DNA of 61,776 bases, filler included, from Choristocarpus tenellus KU-1152 (lineage: Eukaryota; Protista; Phaeophyceae), in NCBI GenBank assembly GCA_964200185.2. It is 10 parts of 10 records of this genome, joined end to end, with 100 filler letters (N's around TTAATTAATTAA, not from the genome) between each part and the next. Parts side by side here need not be neighbours in the genome. Positions count along the whole stretch, not along the records: positions 21,772 to 28,128 come from CAXNAD020008314.1; positions 28,229 to 31,515 come from CAXNAD020021028.1; positions 31,616 to 40,693 come from CAXNAD020004012.1; 7 more parts are not named here. One strand, given 5' to 3'. The notes under the pieces were generated by a model that worked only from the letters and a program-made list of their open reading frames with translations, made no database searches and was not told the origin of the DNA. Shown piece after piece: positions 22,675 through 34,274 of the stretch (the first letter of the stretch is position 1; every line of letters starts with the position of its first letter). The position numbers and the translations under genes are program-made.

Positions 22675-25600
22675 GGCATCGGAAAACCCAGAGGCTGCTG
22701 AGGAACAGCCTGATCGAGTTGTCTTTGTAGAAGATATTCGGCCCTTGCTGTTCAAGATTTGTCATAAGGGGTCCTTCCGGTGGGTTTGTTCATTGGGTAG
22801 TCATCATCTAGTCAATCTAGTCATCATCTAGTCAATCTAATCATCATGTTATTAGCCTGTCTTGCTGACTGGGTAGGACAATGTTGTATATGTTGTATTC
22901 AAAGGTCATTGAGAGCTATGATATGCATACTACAAATACGTAACAATATGAAATGAAACGTTTTGCTATTTGAGGTAAAGTATGTCTTGTGTACAGATAG
23001 TTCACAGTTTGAACTGGCACATTTTTGAAAGGTCAAACTGGCACTGTGGGGAGTATGGTGTTGATGGGTGATGTGTGTGGGTTCTTTTGATTCTTTTGAT
23101 TCTTTTGATTGTATGTGTAAAAAAAAAAGAAGGGTGAAGTGTAATTCTTTTGATTAGAAACTCAAAGTGTTGCTTGTCCTCCTCTTCTTCTTCCTTTTCC
23201 TTTGATTCCCCTTAGTGTGAATTGTGTAGTATTAACAGATTCAGTGCCTTCTCCTCAAGAGTGAAAACTGAAAAGTGAAACTGGAAGATGATCCCCAACA
23301 ATTTAGAGATTGACTGATTTGTACCAGCTTCCACTGCAGCTGTTCTTTTTTGTTTATTCAAAACTATCCAGACCCTGAGTAAAAATTTGCCCTAGTATAT
23401 TGTTTTTCTATTTGAATATTTCCTGACTTAGGAACACTGTGTTGCAGTCAAAGTTCAAATTCGGAAGGTATTGCCAACATCAGCAGCTTTCCAACTCACC
23501 CACATTCAACCCATGCAAATTCAATCTCCAACTCCCTTGGGGGTGATTTTTTTCTGTTCCATTTTGGTGAATGACCTATTCAACTGAATTGTCTAATACT
23601 CTTAGTGAAAAATCAAAAGAATAATAATAACAATGATAATAATCATTATAGTAACAATAATAATAGTAGTAATAACAATAGCGTTATGTGTGTTGGCACA
23701 TAGTTCTTGACCAGAAGAAGGGGTTGTGTTTGAGAAGTGGTGCAGTATGATTGCACAGACTCCAGATACCTCATATAATATGATGGACTATCTAGAAGAT
23801 CCAAAGTGTGGCCATTCTTGGCTATTTGAATGTTGAAAGCAAGCAATATAGAGTGATGTTTATTGGCAACACAATCAAGATTTCAATCTTGAGATTGGTT
23901 ATAATATTTTTATTGGGAAATTTCTTAGGTTTGCACATCTTTTTGCTCCACTTCCAAGGATCTGTGTTCTTTACTTAAAAACTTTTACCCTCACAGTTTC
24001 GATGGCAAGAGACTGCATTCAACAGAAAACATACAGCTTTCAATACACAATAAAGGTTCTTGCTAAGTACCATCAGGGCACTGATATACTTATTCATACC
24101 CTACTACTGTAAGATTATACTCTAGGACATGAAGCTCCATTACGATTTATTTATGTGCTTGGTACATGTAAAGGTATATTCTATTTTGTATTTTATGATG
24201 TATATTTTATGATGTATATTTTATGATGTATATTTTATGGTGTATATTATGATATTATTGATGCACTTTATGATCTATTTTATGATGTATATTTCATTGT
24301 ACATTTTATGGTGTATATCATGATGTTATTGAGATATTTTATTATGTAGGTTGAGATATTTTATTATGTAGGTTGAGATATTTTATTATGAAGGTTGAGA
24401 TATTTTATTATGTAGGTTGAGATATTTTATTATGTAGGTTGAGATATTTTATTATGTAGGTTGAGATATTTTATTATGAAGGTTGAGATATTTTATTATG
24501 TAGGTTGAGATATTTTTTGCAGCTAAAACACCACCATTGATCAACAAACCTCATTCCTCAACTCTGATTGCGTTGTCTATGGACATGCACAGCACCCTAG
24601 TGGGCATGCTCCTCTCTGCAGGTGGTCTCCTCTTCCCTCGTTCTGTCTGTTCCCACTCCTACAGAGCCCTCTCTACCACTGCACACGCCACTGTCTTTGG
24701 TGATGGAGGCATCTCTGCTGACCTCCTAACTGGGCTTAATGGGAGTTTGCTATCTGCGTGGAAGGCGTCAGGCTTGTCTTTGAACATCTCCAAAAGAGGC
24801 TTGCTTTGGGATCTGGAGAGTCAAGGCTCGATAGCTGACCTACTTGTGATCACCTCTGCAGCAGATCAATCTTTATTGATGAAGAATGAAGTTGTGAATG
24901 ATTCCTCCAGGCAGGTATTTCTTCGAAATGTTCTGCATTACCTTATTAGAGCACCAACATTGACATCACCACCTGGGTCTCACTTGGAGTCAGGAAAGGG
25001 TGTGGGTTCATCAGGGGCTTGCCAAGAGCAAGATGACAGCATGAAGGTGCAGGTACAGTGTGTGCTCATGATGATGGAGGGATGGCTTTCAACTGCTGCT
25101 GCTGCTCAGAGTCATAAACGTGAGAAAGAGGTAGAGGGTATGAAAACATGAGTTATGTCTTTCCTTTTTGTGCAGTAGTTATTTCAGAGATTTTCGTTGG
25201 ATTTTAGTTGTGGAGTGAGTGAAAATAGGAGTGTTGCAGTCAACCTCAGAAATATTTTATTTGTCTTGGGACAAATTCAATGAAAGCAAAGTGTGCTCAT
25301 TTCCCAACTTGTATCATCAATTGTAATGCTAGTGGTATGCTATTGCCCTTTTATCCAGACATCCTTCAGTAAGTGCACATTGCGCTCTTTTGTTGAACCC
25401 CCACAGGCTGCTCAATGCTGACTCTATTTTTTCAGCCCTAACCCTACCAATATACCATAAAAAGTATAGTACAGTATAGTATAGTACAGTAGAGTGTTAC
25501 ACTATACTATTAATATGTACAATATGTAGCAACACCATCTTTGACTTCAACTGTAGCCATGTCCTATTAACTATTCGGAGCTGTGCAGTGAAGTTATCTT

Positions 25601-26928
25601 CACTAAAAGAAAGGGAAAACTTCTCCCCATCACCAGGAAAACTTAACAATTCATTTGACACCAAAATGTGACAGAAAGCCTGTAGAAGGATGACTTTATT
25701 ATCATTTCCTTTACAATACTGTTTTTGACAAACATGTTTTTGACAAACATCTCTATCTACTCTTTGCATGGCACTGATGGGGAATGATACTGGAACTAAC
25801 CAGATATGACTGTAATCTTGGAACAGTTATATGTTTGTGTACAATATTTTGGGTTCTTTTATTTATTTATTTTTTATGATTGTTCTACTACCATTTTTTT
25901 TTGCAGGAATTAAATGTGTCCATTCAGCCGAATTGTGTTCCTGAATGATAGGAATTGTGGTATCAATGTTATGTTGTTAGGAATGGGTCTAATAATATAA
26001 AGGAATAGCCCTCTTTTACTTCAACAGAGATGGATAGCTTTTGTGTTATCAACAAGCAACTACACAGCAGCACCGGCTATATATGCTAATAATAATAATA
26101 ATAATAATAATACCCAAGTAGGAAGCTCCACCGATGCCAATATCAAGCACGCTGTTACTAACCACTGCAGGCAATGCTGGAGGTACTGACGGGGGTCAGT
26201 TGCATGTGGAGAGGGCAGAGACCATAGCAAAGTCGCTTCTAGAGGTGGGGCTACCATTATGCCGGTAGCTGTAAAGTGACTGTTATATACTTTCTTCAAG
26301 ACTATAATTAACACAAAATACTTCTTCCACTTAAGAGATGGGGGTAGTTAAGTATCTTGTGCAGGCGGTAGCAATGGTTGTGGCCCTATTGCATAGTTGT
26401 AGAGATTGGGTAGGAGATGTTTACAGCTAAGACATGTGGACTATGGATTGTGTTTTTGATAGCAGGCTTTTTTTATTTGAGGAGGACTGGGACGCCTTGT
26501 AAGGTTGATCTGTCCAGTTACACGGTGCAAGGGGCTCATGATCTCATTATGGTGATTTTGTCGATCTGATTGGGTGGCTCCTTCTATTTGTATGTTTATG
26601 TTGTTTGCCTTAGGAATTTTTTGCTGCACCTCACATGGCTCATTGATTTGTCATCAAATGGTAAAATAAAACCTCCAACTAGTTAATTTTGACAGTACAT
26701 TGATTGCATCAACAGATAAACTCAGATAAACTCGCTTTTTTTCTTGGAGGAACACAAGACACTGCCTTGCTTGGCCTGAACCCGGACTGAACTAAATTGT
26801 TTGGTCAGGCTAGTCACGCTAGTGCTACAGACTTGAGACTATGGAGTGCGTATGTGCAGCTGAGGGCACTCCTTGGTAGACATGGGGAAGCGTTGAAAGT
26901 GGCTGAGAAGGCCCTGTCCATGACTCAG
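22675..26928 (+). CDS. NRDE2: NRDE2-like (nuclear RNAi defective-2, HAT/TPR-repeat nuclear exosome regulator), internal exons only
   Basis: Exons 22675-22779, 24593-25137, 26171-26244, 26809-26928 are phase-compatible GT-AG: EEQPDRVVFVEDIRPLLF (cf. NRDE2 EDP.R.VLF.DI...LF)...FLRNVL...AETIAKSLLE...DLRLWSAYVQLRALLGRHGEALKVAEKAL (HAT-repeat pattern). Confidence 0.72.
24328..24516. repeat. 22-bp tandem repeat (TTGAGATATTTTATTATGTAGG), about 8.5 copies, intronic
   Basis: Adjacent near-identical units. Confidence 0.92.
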
Positions 26929-27327
26929 GTATTGATCCGATGATGTGTAACAGACAGGTTTGGCAATCAATTGATATGCTTCCCATGGATTGATAGTGTA
27001 TTGATGTGTAAATATTGTGTACTGTATTGATAGGTGCCAACCTATTGTTTAATGTGTCCCTACAGTTGTGATCCCAGTTTAAGGTACCTGTTGTGCCAGT
27101 TCATTTTGACATGTCTTGATGTGTTCAGGTTTGTAGTTGTGATTGAACCTGACACACGCCTTTGAAATGAACCCCCATTTTTTCAAAAGGATTCCAATAG
27201 AAAACAAAAGGCTTGTTGTTACATATTGTTGTTCATATTGTTGTTACATATTGTTATTCATATTGTTGTTCATCTTTCATGTTGGTCAGTAGAAACAATG
27301 AAATCAAATGGAATTAGAAGCATGTCG

Positions 27328-27479
27328 CTGTACTTGACATGTCTATCTGTACTTGACATGGCTATCTGTACTTGACGTGGCTATCTGTACTTGACGTGGC
27401 TATCTGTACTTGACATGGCTATCTGTACTTGACATGGCTATCTGTACTTGACATGTCTATCTGTACTTGACATGGCTAT
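27328..27479. repeat. 19-bp tandem repeat (CTGTACTTGACATGGCTAT), about 8 copies
   Basis: Adjacent near-identical units without spacers. Confidence 0.92.
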
Positions 27480-28069
27480 GCACTCAAGGGTCCACCCAAC
27501 ACCCCCAATACCTTGCTCTTCCTTGCTTTTACTATTTAGGACAGATTTTTTTTTTAATGCTTGATTAACTACTATTAAAGGCAGTAACATTTCCAATTCC
27601 ACTTGAACCTGCAATTCCGCCAGAGCCATATGGCTGTAGAGAGATTGGACAGAGATTGGGTAATAAATATGACAGTTAACACCAATGGTTTGGTGCAAGC
27701 ACCATGATGTCTCAAGTTTCATTTTCTTTTTTTCAGGGTATGGTCTTGTTTGCATTGAGATCTGATGCATCAAGCAATGCCTCTGCAATCAATATTTGTT
27801 CTGTTAGAGAAGAAATTAGTGAAAAAACTTAGATTAATCCATTACCTTAGTTTCTCATGTCTAATTAGGGTTATAGAGTTAGGGTTTTCGCATCATCCGC
27901 ACCAACAAATTATTGTTTTTTGTCTCCATGTAAAGAGGTGTCAATGCCCTCTGATTGTCTCTCAAGAGTTATTTCCTATGTACCTATGTACGTATATACC
28001 TATATACACAAACAAATGTTGTGCAATCTCAATAAACAATAGAGGAGGTGCCTGCCCCCCCCCCACCCC

Positions 28070-28101
<32 letters not shown>

Positions 28102-28644
28102 ACCCCCACCCCCACCGCCTCCCCCCACNNNNNNNNNNNNNNNNNNNNNNNNNNNNNNNNNNNNNNNNNNNNTTAATTAATTAANNNNNNNNNNNNNNNN
28201 NNNNNNNNNNNNNNNNNNNNNNNNNNNNCCGACAGAGGCAGTGAGAGAAGAGGGCGGGATGGTGGGCCTGCAGATGTGCACCAATCGCCTTCAATTTTGC
28301 GGTTGCGACAACCCTGTTGGATGTGTTGCACCCGAACTTCAATCATTCGTAGTTTATGTCAAGTCTTTTTATATTCGGAGTACACACACTATGTGATTGA
28401 CTGATTACATCTTCAGCTCGATTATTGATGGAACGTCTGGTGTGTGAGAGAGGGACATGGGTAAGAAACAATTAATAATTCAGTGTGTGCTTTACCATGT
28501 AATCCAACTGCTAGCAAGCTTCTCAACATACTTCGCATCTTCCATACCCCCCCACCAAGGGCTATCCCTAACCTATAGAAGACCTTTGGAGTAGCGAAGA
28601 TACCCTACTAAATTTCTGCAACATGTCATATACCCTATATAAAA

Positions 28645-28947
28645 TGTACAATTTACCTTGGGAGGTAATGCTATTTATCAGTAGTGAAGACAAGAAGGTG
28701 TGATCCCTCACATGGATCCCCATTGCTGAACGTGATTACATGGATGAAATTAGAAGAGCGTGTCTTCTCATTGTTTAATTATTATTTGTGTCCTCATACA
28801 TAAGTCCATGGTTTATGTCAATATAGTCGAATGCAGAATAATAACCCATACGTATTCCCATTCATAATCCGGATGTACTATCTCCTTATCAGTTACATCT
28901 CTCATACACAAAATAAGGTACACCTCACTATTGTCCTATTTTGGATA
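28645..28947 (-). mobile_element. Diverged solo LTR of the adjacent Copia family, in inverted orientation
   Basis: Reverse complement of the LTR at 30189-30540 (e.g. TTACCTTGGGAGGTAATGCTA; GGTACACCTCACTATTGTCCTATTTTG). Flanks TAAAA / GAAAA resemble a degenerate 5-bp TSD. Confidence 0.8.
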
Positions 28948-30188
28948 GAAAACACCTCAAACCCTCATGCTATCCCCCGCCCCTTACCTTTAGAAGTGCT
29001 TTTCCTAACACAGACACCTAACTAAGTTGGCTGATCATTTAACCTTACGGTGTGTACAAATCAATTTTGTCTGCAAGGGGGTCGTAAGTAACGAGATAAG
29101 CTTTGGTAACACCAAGACCTGTTTAGGCCTAGGTTAAGTCTTGATAAATGTTTGGAGGTGTCCACTGTAGGTGGTGACGCCATCAGACAACAGGCAATCA
29201 TCGCTGTGATAGGTAGGAAGTACAATTGCTGTCTAGGGAAGGAGTGAAGCATTCTCTCTCTCTCTCTCTTGGCACCATTATAAAAAGCCAAATTCAAGGA
29301 GATAAGACAAAAAATATAGGGAAAGGGCAATAGACAAAGGTATTTGACCAGGGATATCAAACATATTTCTCCGTTCTCTACAGAGGGAATATACCAAGAT
29401 TTTGCGTTACAGTGTGGTGCGTCAGGAGCAAGATCAGCACAAGGGAGAGGTATGTGCACAGAAACAAGGCTAGCCACAAACAAGACACATTTGGGTGATG
29501 TTTGGGACCCCGTGAAGAACATGGAACCATCCCAAACATGAAATGTACTCAGAGAAAATACATATCTTTTCATGATTCACCAAACTCCAGAAACAATGGT
29601 TTTCGGTACAAAGTTTCAGTCGTTTTTTGGAATCAAAGTGCAAAACCCTCAGATTTACCTCAAATTTGCGTGACTCTTGTTGGGCCCAGTTCCGTCTCCC
29701 AGATGAATTTCCAACTTTGTTTTGGCCTTGTTCATGCCCTCCCCTACACTTCACAGCGATCTTTCACCAACTGTACGACACAACATTGGCACTCATCACC
29801 TCTTACAAAGTGACTGCACCTCATGTCCCAGCCTGTGTCACCGCCGTATATTATCGTGTGTTCCATTTGTTATCTATCCTTCATTCTTATTACCTAACAC
29901 TTCGACAGTGTTCCAGGTGGAATATGATACAATATTCACACTTCTTATCACTTACTCCCCCAACCCTTCACCTCTTCAACTGGTGCAATACAACACACTC
30001 TCAATATTCCTCGCCTCTTACTACAGAAAAGCCACATCTCATACATTGCCTTGTGTGACCGCCATTAATTTGTATGTGTTATTTCGCCTTCTGCTACCCT
30101 ACCCCAAACTCCATCAAAGTTCCCCCAGTGCTACGACTCATAATCAACACTCCTCATCTCTTGCTGCACTTGTATTTTGCGTGTGAAG

Positions 30189-31515
30189 TGTGCAAAATAG
30201 GACAATAGTGAGGTGTACCATATTTTGTGTATATGAGATTGTTGTGTTGAATTGAGTCCATGTAATGTAACTAATAAAATGGTACATCCAGATTATGTAT
30301 GGAATTATGTATTGGTATTTATTCTGCATTCAACGAACCTGGACATGACCGTTGACTCAGATAGGAAGCACAAATAAATAATAAACAAGCAATTAGAAGA
30401 CACCATACACAAAGGTCACTCTTCTAGATATCAATCATCCATTCCTTTTTTCACGTTCAGCAAAGGGGGTCGTGTGAGGCTTCACACTCTCTTATCTTCA
30501 CTACTGAGAAGTAGCATTACCTCCCAAGGTAATTTGCACAGGTTATGAGCCTAAGTAGTATGGAGACTGACCTGAAGGAACTTGCTCTCTGTACAGGGGT
30601 GACAGGAAGGTCATTGGAAACCTGGTCAACTTGGAGATTCTCACTGATCGCCTACGCTGGTGGAACGGGCTTGTACGAGATTACAACTAGGAACTACGAG
30701 ATTCCCGAAACATCCACCACCATCTCGGGAGAGGCAGTGTGTACGGCACATGCCACACACTCCAAGAAGAACAAGGCATTGTGGTTTCTCCTTCTGCAAA
30801 CAACAAAAGGATCAGCATCCATGTTTGTCGCCAAATACGAAAATGGAGGTCAATCAGACGGCAGAGGAGCTTGGTTGGAACTAGAACGAGTCTACGGTGG
30901 ACGCGCAGAGGACGAAATCCCCGTTCAAGTCATCACGTTGGAGGCAAAACTCCGCGGATTACGGTGCACAGCGTCTCAGGACAGCGCCGATTTTGTCGTC
31001 AAACTCGAACGACTATTTTCGGAATTCGAGGAGCTCAAGGAGCCTAAATCCGAAAACATCATGAGGGCATCTATACTACTTGGAATCAAGGAATCCATGC
31101 CACATGTGTTCGCACAATTGATAACACGCCCGGACATCAGCTATGAGGAACTCAAACGAGCAGTTATCTCGTCGACAACTTACCTTCACTCGGGTGAAGA
31201 TGATCATGATGGAGTAATAGCAATGCATGGCAATGTGAAGAACGGCCATGCTCGGAAGACTAAAAGATAAGCTGGAAGTGGCCTCAGACCAAACCAATAT
31301 GGATATTGCTTAAGGATGAACCATCGATGGAAGAACTGCTACCTACTTAAATGGAAAGCCGCCGGCAACATGTCCGCCTGAGATGGCACCCGGAACATTT
31401 CCGCTACCTTCAACTCGTGGGAGCAGCAACAAAGTCGACGAAAACCAAGCGCGCTCCTTCTCCAGTTTCAAGGTGACAGCAGACGAGGAGGTTAACAAAA
31501 GTGCGGTGTTCAACT
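30189..31515 (+). mobile_element. Ty1/Copia LTR retrotransposon 5' end: LTR 30189-30540, PBS 30541-30551, gag 30545-31270 with nonsense mutation; truncated by contig end
   Basis: LTR bounded by TGTGCAAA...TTTGCACA, immediately followed by GGTTATGAGCC. ORF has Copia gag (UBN2-like) features: WSTWRFSL, DGRGAWLELERVY, FVVKLERLFSEFEEL, ILLGI. An in-frame degenerate Zn knuckle (Y)GYCLRMNHRWKNC follows the premature TAA. Confidence 0.9.
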
Positions 31516-31618
31516 NNNNNNNNNNNNNNNNNNNNNNNNNNNNNNNNNNNNNNNNNNNNTTAATTAATTAANNNNNNNNNNNNNNNNNNNNNNNNNNNNN
31601 NNNNNNNNNNNNNNNTAT

Positions 31619-33880
31619 CTAAACTAGCAACATGACTTTCCTTGGCTTCCCTTTCCCCCCCCCCTCCTCTCCTTCCCCATTTACACCAACCCCCATCTCC
31701 GTTCGAATCATGTTCTCAATGAAAAACTCTCCTGCTTTGTACGAGGATCGGACCATTGGTCCGCTGGCAACATACTTGAAGCCAAGGCTCTTCCCAATCT
31801 CTGCAAGTCTGTCAAATTTGGCAGGTGAAACATACTCTACCACTGCGAGGTGGCGCTCTGTGGGACGAAGGTATTGACCTAGGGTAAGGACATCCACATT
31901 GACAGCCCTCATATCTTGCATGGCCTCAACAATCTCATCGTCAGTCTCCCCCAGCCCCAGCATGAGGGAGGTCTTGGTGAACACGCTTGGATTAACCTCC
32001 TTGGACATTGCCAAGACATGCAGGGACTGGTCGTAGCCAGCCCGGCTATCCCTAACGTAAGGCTGCAGCCGACGAACAGTCTCTATGTTGTGAGCATACA
32101 CATCCAGGCCGGAGTTTGCTAGTCGCTGCACAAAAGAATAAAACACGCCCATAGGGTGAAGGGAGGGAAAGGTTAGCAGTAGAGGCAGGTCTCTACTGAA
32201 TTGAGAAGTACACTACATCCCATCGATATTACACAGCTGAAAAATGACACAACACACAAAGGTCACAAGATAAGAAATGGCTCATACTGGTACATCAAAT
32301 CATCACTGGCCTAACCTCATCCATCATCTTGCCTCTCTGAATGAAAACCTTCTTACCTCAACTGCTGCATTGCTTCCACGGAAGTCGCTCACCAGACACT
32401 CAACCAGCATCTCTGGCTTGATCTGCTTTATCAACTCTACTGTTGTAGCAAAGTGGTTGGCACCCCCATCGTCGAGGTCGTCACGATCAACACTTGTTAG
32501 AACAACATAATCTATTCCCCACTTGCCAACAGCCTTCAGCACAGACATATAATTGGGCATAAAGAAGGTAGTGATGGTCCAAGCATGTTGTCTTGTTAGG
32601 CAAGAGTCAAATGAATATTCAGATAAATTGTTTGAGCATAGCTTGCAGACCTATCTTGGTGATTTGGAGTGGGACAGCAAGCAGCAAGTAGGTGGCGACA
32701 TGCTAAATTGTTCTTCAACTCAATACCCTACTGCAACCTCAATGCTGTAATCATACATCTTGGGCTAGTTCAGGGGAGCATTCCTCAAGGACCAAAACAT
32801 TGCTTGCTGGCAAGTGGAGCAGAGGAAGACAAGCATGACTAACCCCTATAATAATTCGATGTAACCAGTGGAGTAGGCACACAATATAGATATGACTTAG
32901 GACAAAAAACAAGGTCAACGTTTACAGTAACACCCTTACTCCCACCAAACATCGTCCAGGGCAAGGTACCAAGATTCTCCTCATGAATTTTACGATTCCC
33001 CTTTCTCGTATCCCCCCGCCCAATCGTGTCTCATAAGGCTGCATCACATATTCCTCTAGTCCATTAACCCCACCTGGGCAGTGTGGAAAGGCTCAAAGGC
33101 ATCGGGGGCAGTTGGCGTCTGCGAGGTCTTCACGGCGCAGAACTTGCAGCCCCGTGTGCAAGTGTCGCCTAGAAGCATGATTGTCCCCGTACCCCCGTTC
33201 CAGCATTCGCCGATGTTAGGGCATTGTGCCTCCTCGCACACTGTGTGTAAGTTAAGCTCCTCCAGGGAGGATTTGAGCTCATTGTACTGGGAGGGTTGGT
33301 ATCAAAGCATGCAGGAGGGGTAGAGAGCAGTGTATCAGCTCCCGTTGCCCCATTCCCATTCCCATTTCCGCATCGGAATGGGGGGAAGTTTGGTGAAAGG
33401 ACCTCGTCTGTGTGTCTTCTGCGGTCGACAAGAGGACTACAAGAAAGGTGAGCAAACATGGTTGGTATTGAGCTTTTGTGTCGACGAGGAACATCCAAGG
33501 AATAACTTGATGCTAAAAGCTTTCCATGAGCGGAAGGGAAATCAAGTCATGTCCAATCCATTCCAATAGAGTGAAGTGGGTAATCATGTTGTCACCTTTG
33601 TGTATTCGCCTCCTGGTGCTGGGACCCTGAACCACCCCGGTCTCTGCTCAGGCATGGTACCACCCACCCTCGGAATCATGGGACCCGGATAGCTGCTGAT
33701 GGACTCCGTTGCAAAACTCTCATCTGAGTTCTCCATTTCCATTTCCATCCCCTGCCCTCGTCTGGAGTGAGGAAGTACCTTGGACGAAAACTCCTTACCA
33801 CCGTTGGCCACAGGAGTCATGAAGGCTCCACAGGACACAGAGCTCCATCCTAGAAAGGTCAGCAGTACAGTGTATCTCAT
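31619..33880 (-). CDS. LIAS: Lipoyl synthase (radical SAM), plastid-targeted, complete, 4 exons
   Basis: Exons 33880-33596, 33286-33074, 32533-32357, 32125-31619 (all phase 0). Motifs [12 protein letters not shown] (CX4CX5C), CTRGCKFC (CX3CX2C), [43 protein letters not shown]-terminal signal + CGAFMTP bipartite motif. Confidence 0.97.
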
Positions 33881-34274
33881 GATATCTACCCCACCCCCTC
33901 TACCATTGAATGATTGTTGCTTCTGGAGGTAGCTACTATTGTAGTATTGAAAGTAGTTCAAGAAATCGGGAGTTTTACGTCATAGGAGGCTTGTTCCATA
34001 TTTGACTGCACGTAACTGGTTTCTTTCACTTAACGACCAGCAGAGAACACTGTGTCTCCTCACCACCATCACCAGGAGTACGGTAAAGTGACGCCTTAGT
34101 GTTTTGTGTGGATTGATACGACCTGGTGACCTTGCATTCGACATGGTAGAAGTTCCTCTCACGGACGACACTCTAGTCGAGGTAACCCTCCTATAACTCC
34201 GAATTTAACAGGACGGGAAATCCGTATCAAGTCTCACACCCTGAACGAGACTTGGCCAAATTCGTATCCATAAG

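Noticed and set aside
24523-24592. Acceptor supplied by the last 22-bp repeat unit (TTTTTTGCAG at 24522)
   Set aside because: Phase is incompatible with the upstream NRDE2 exon; the acceptor at 24592 fits
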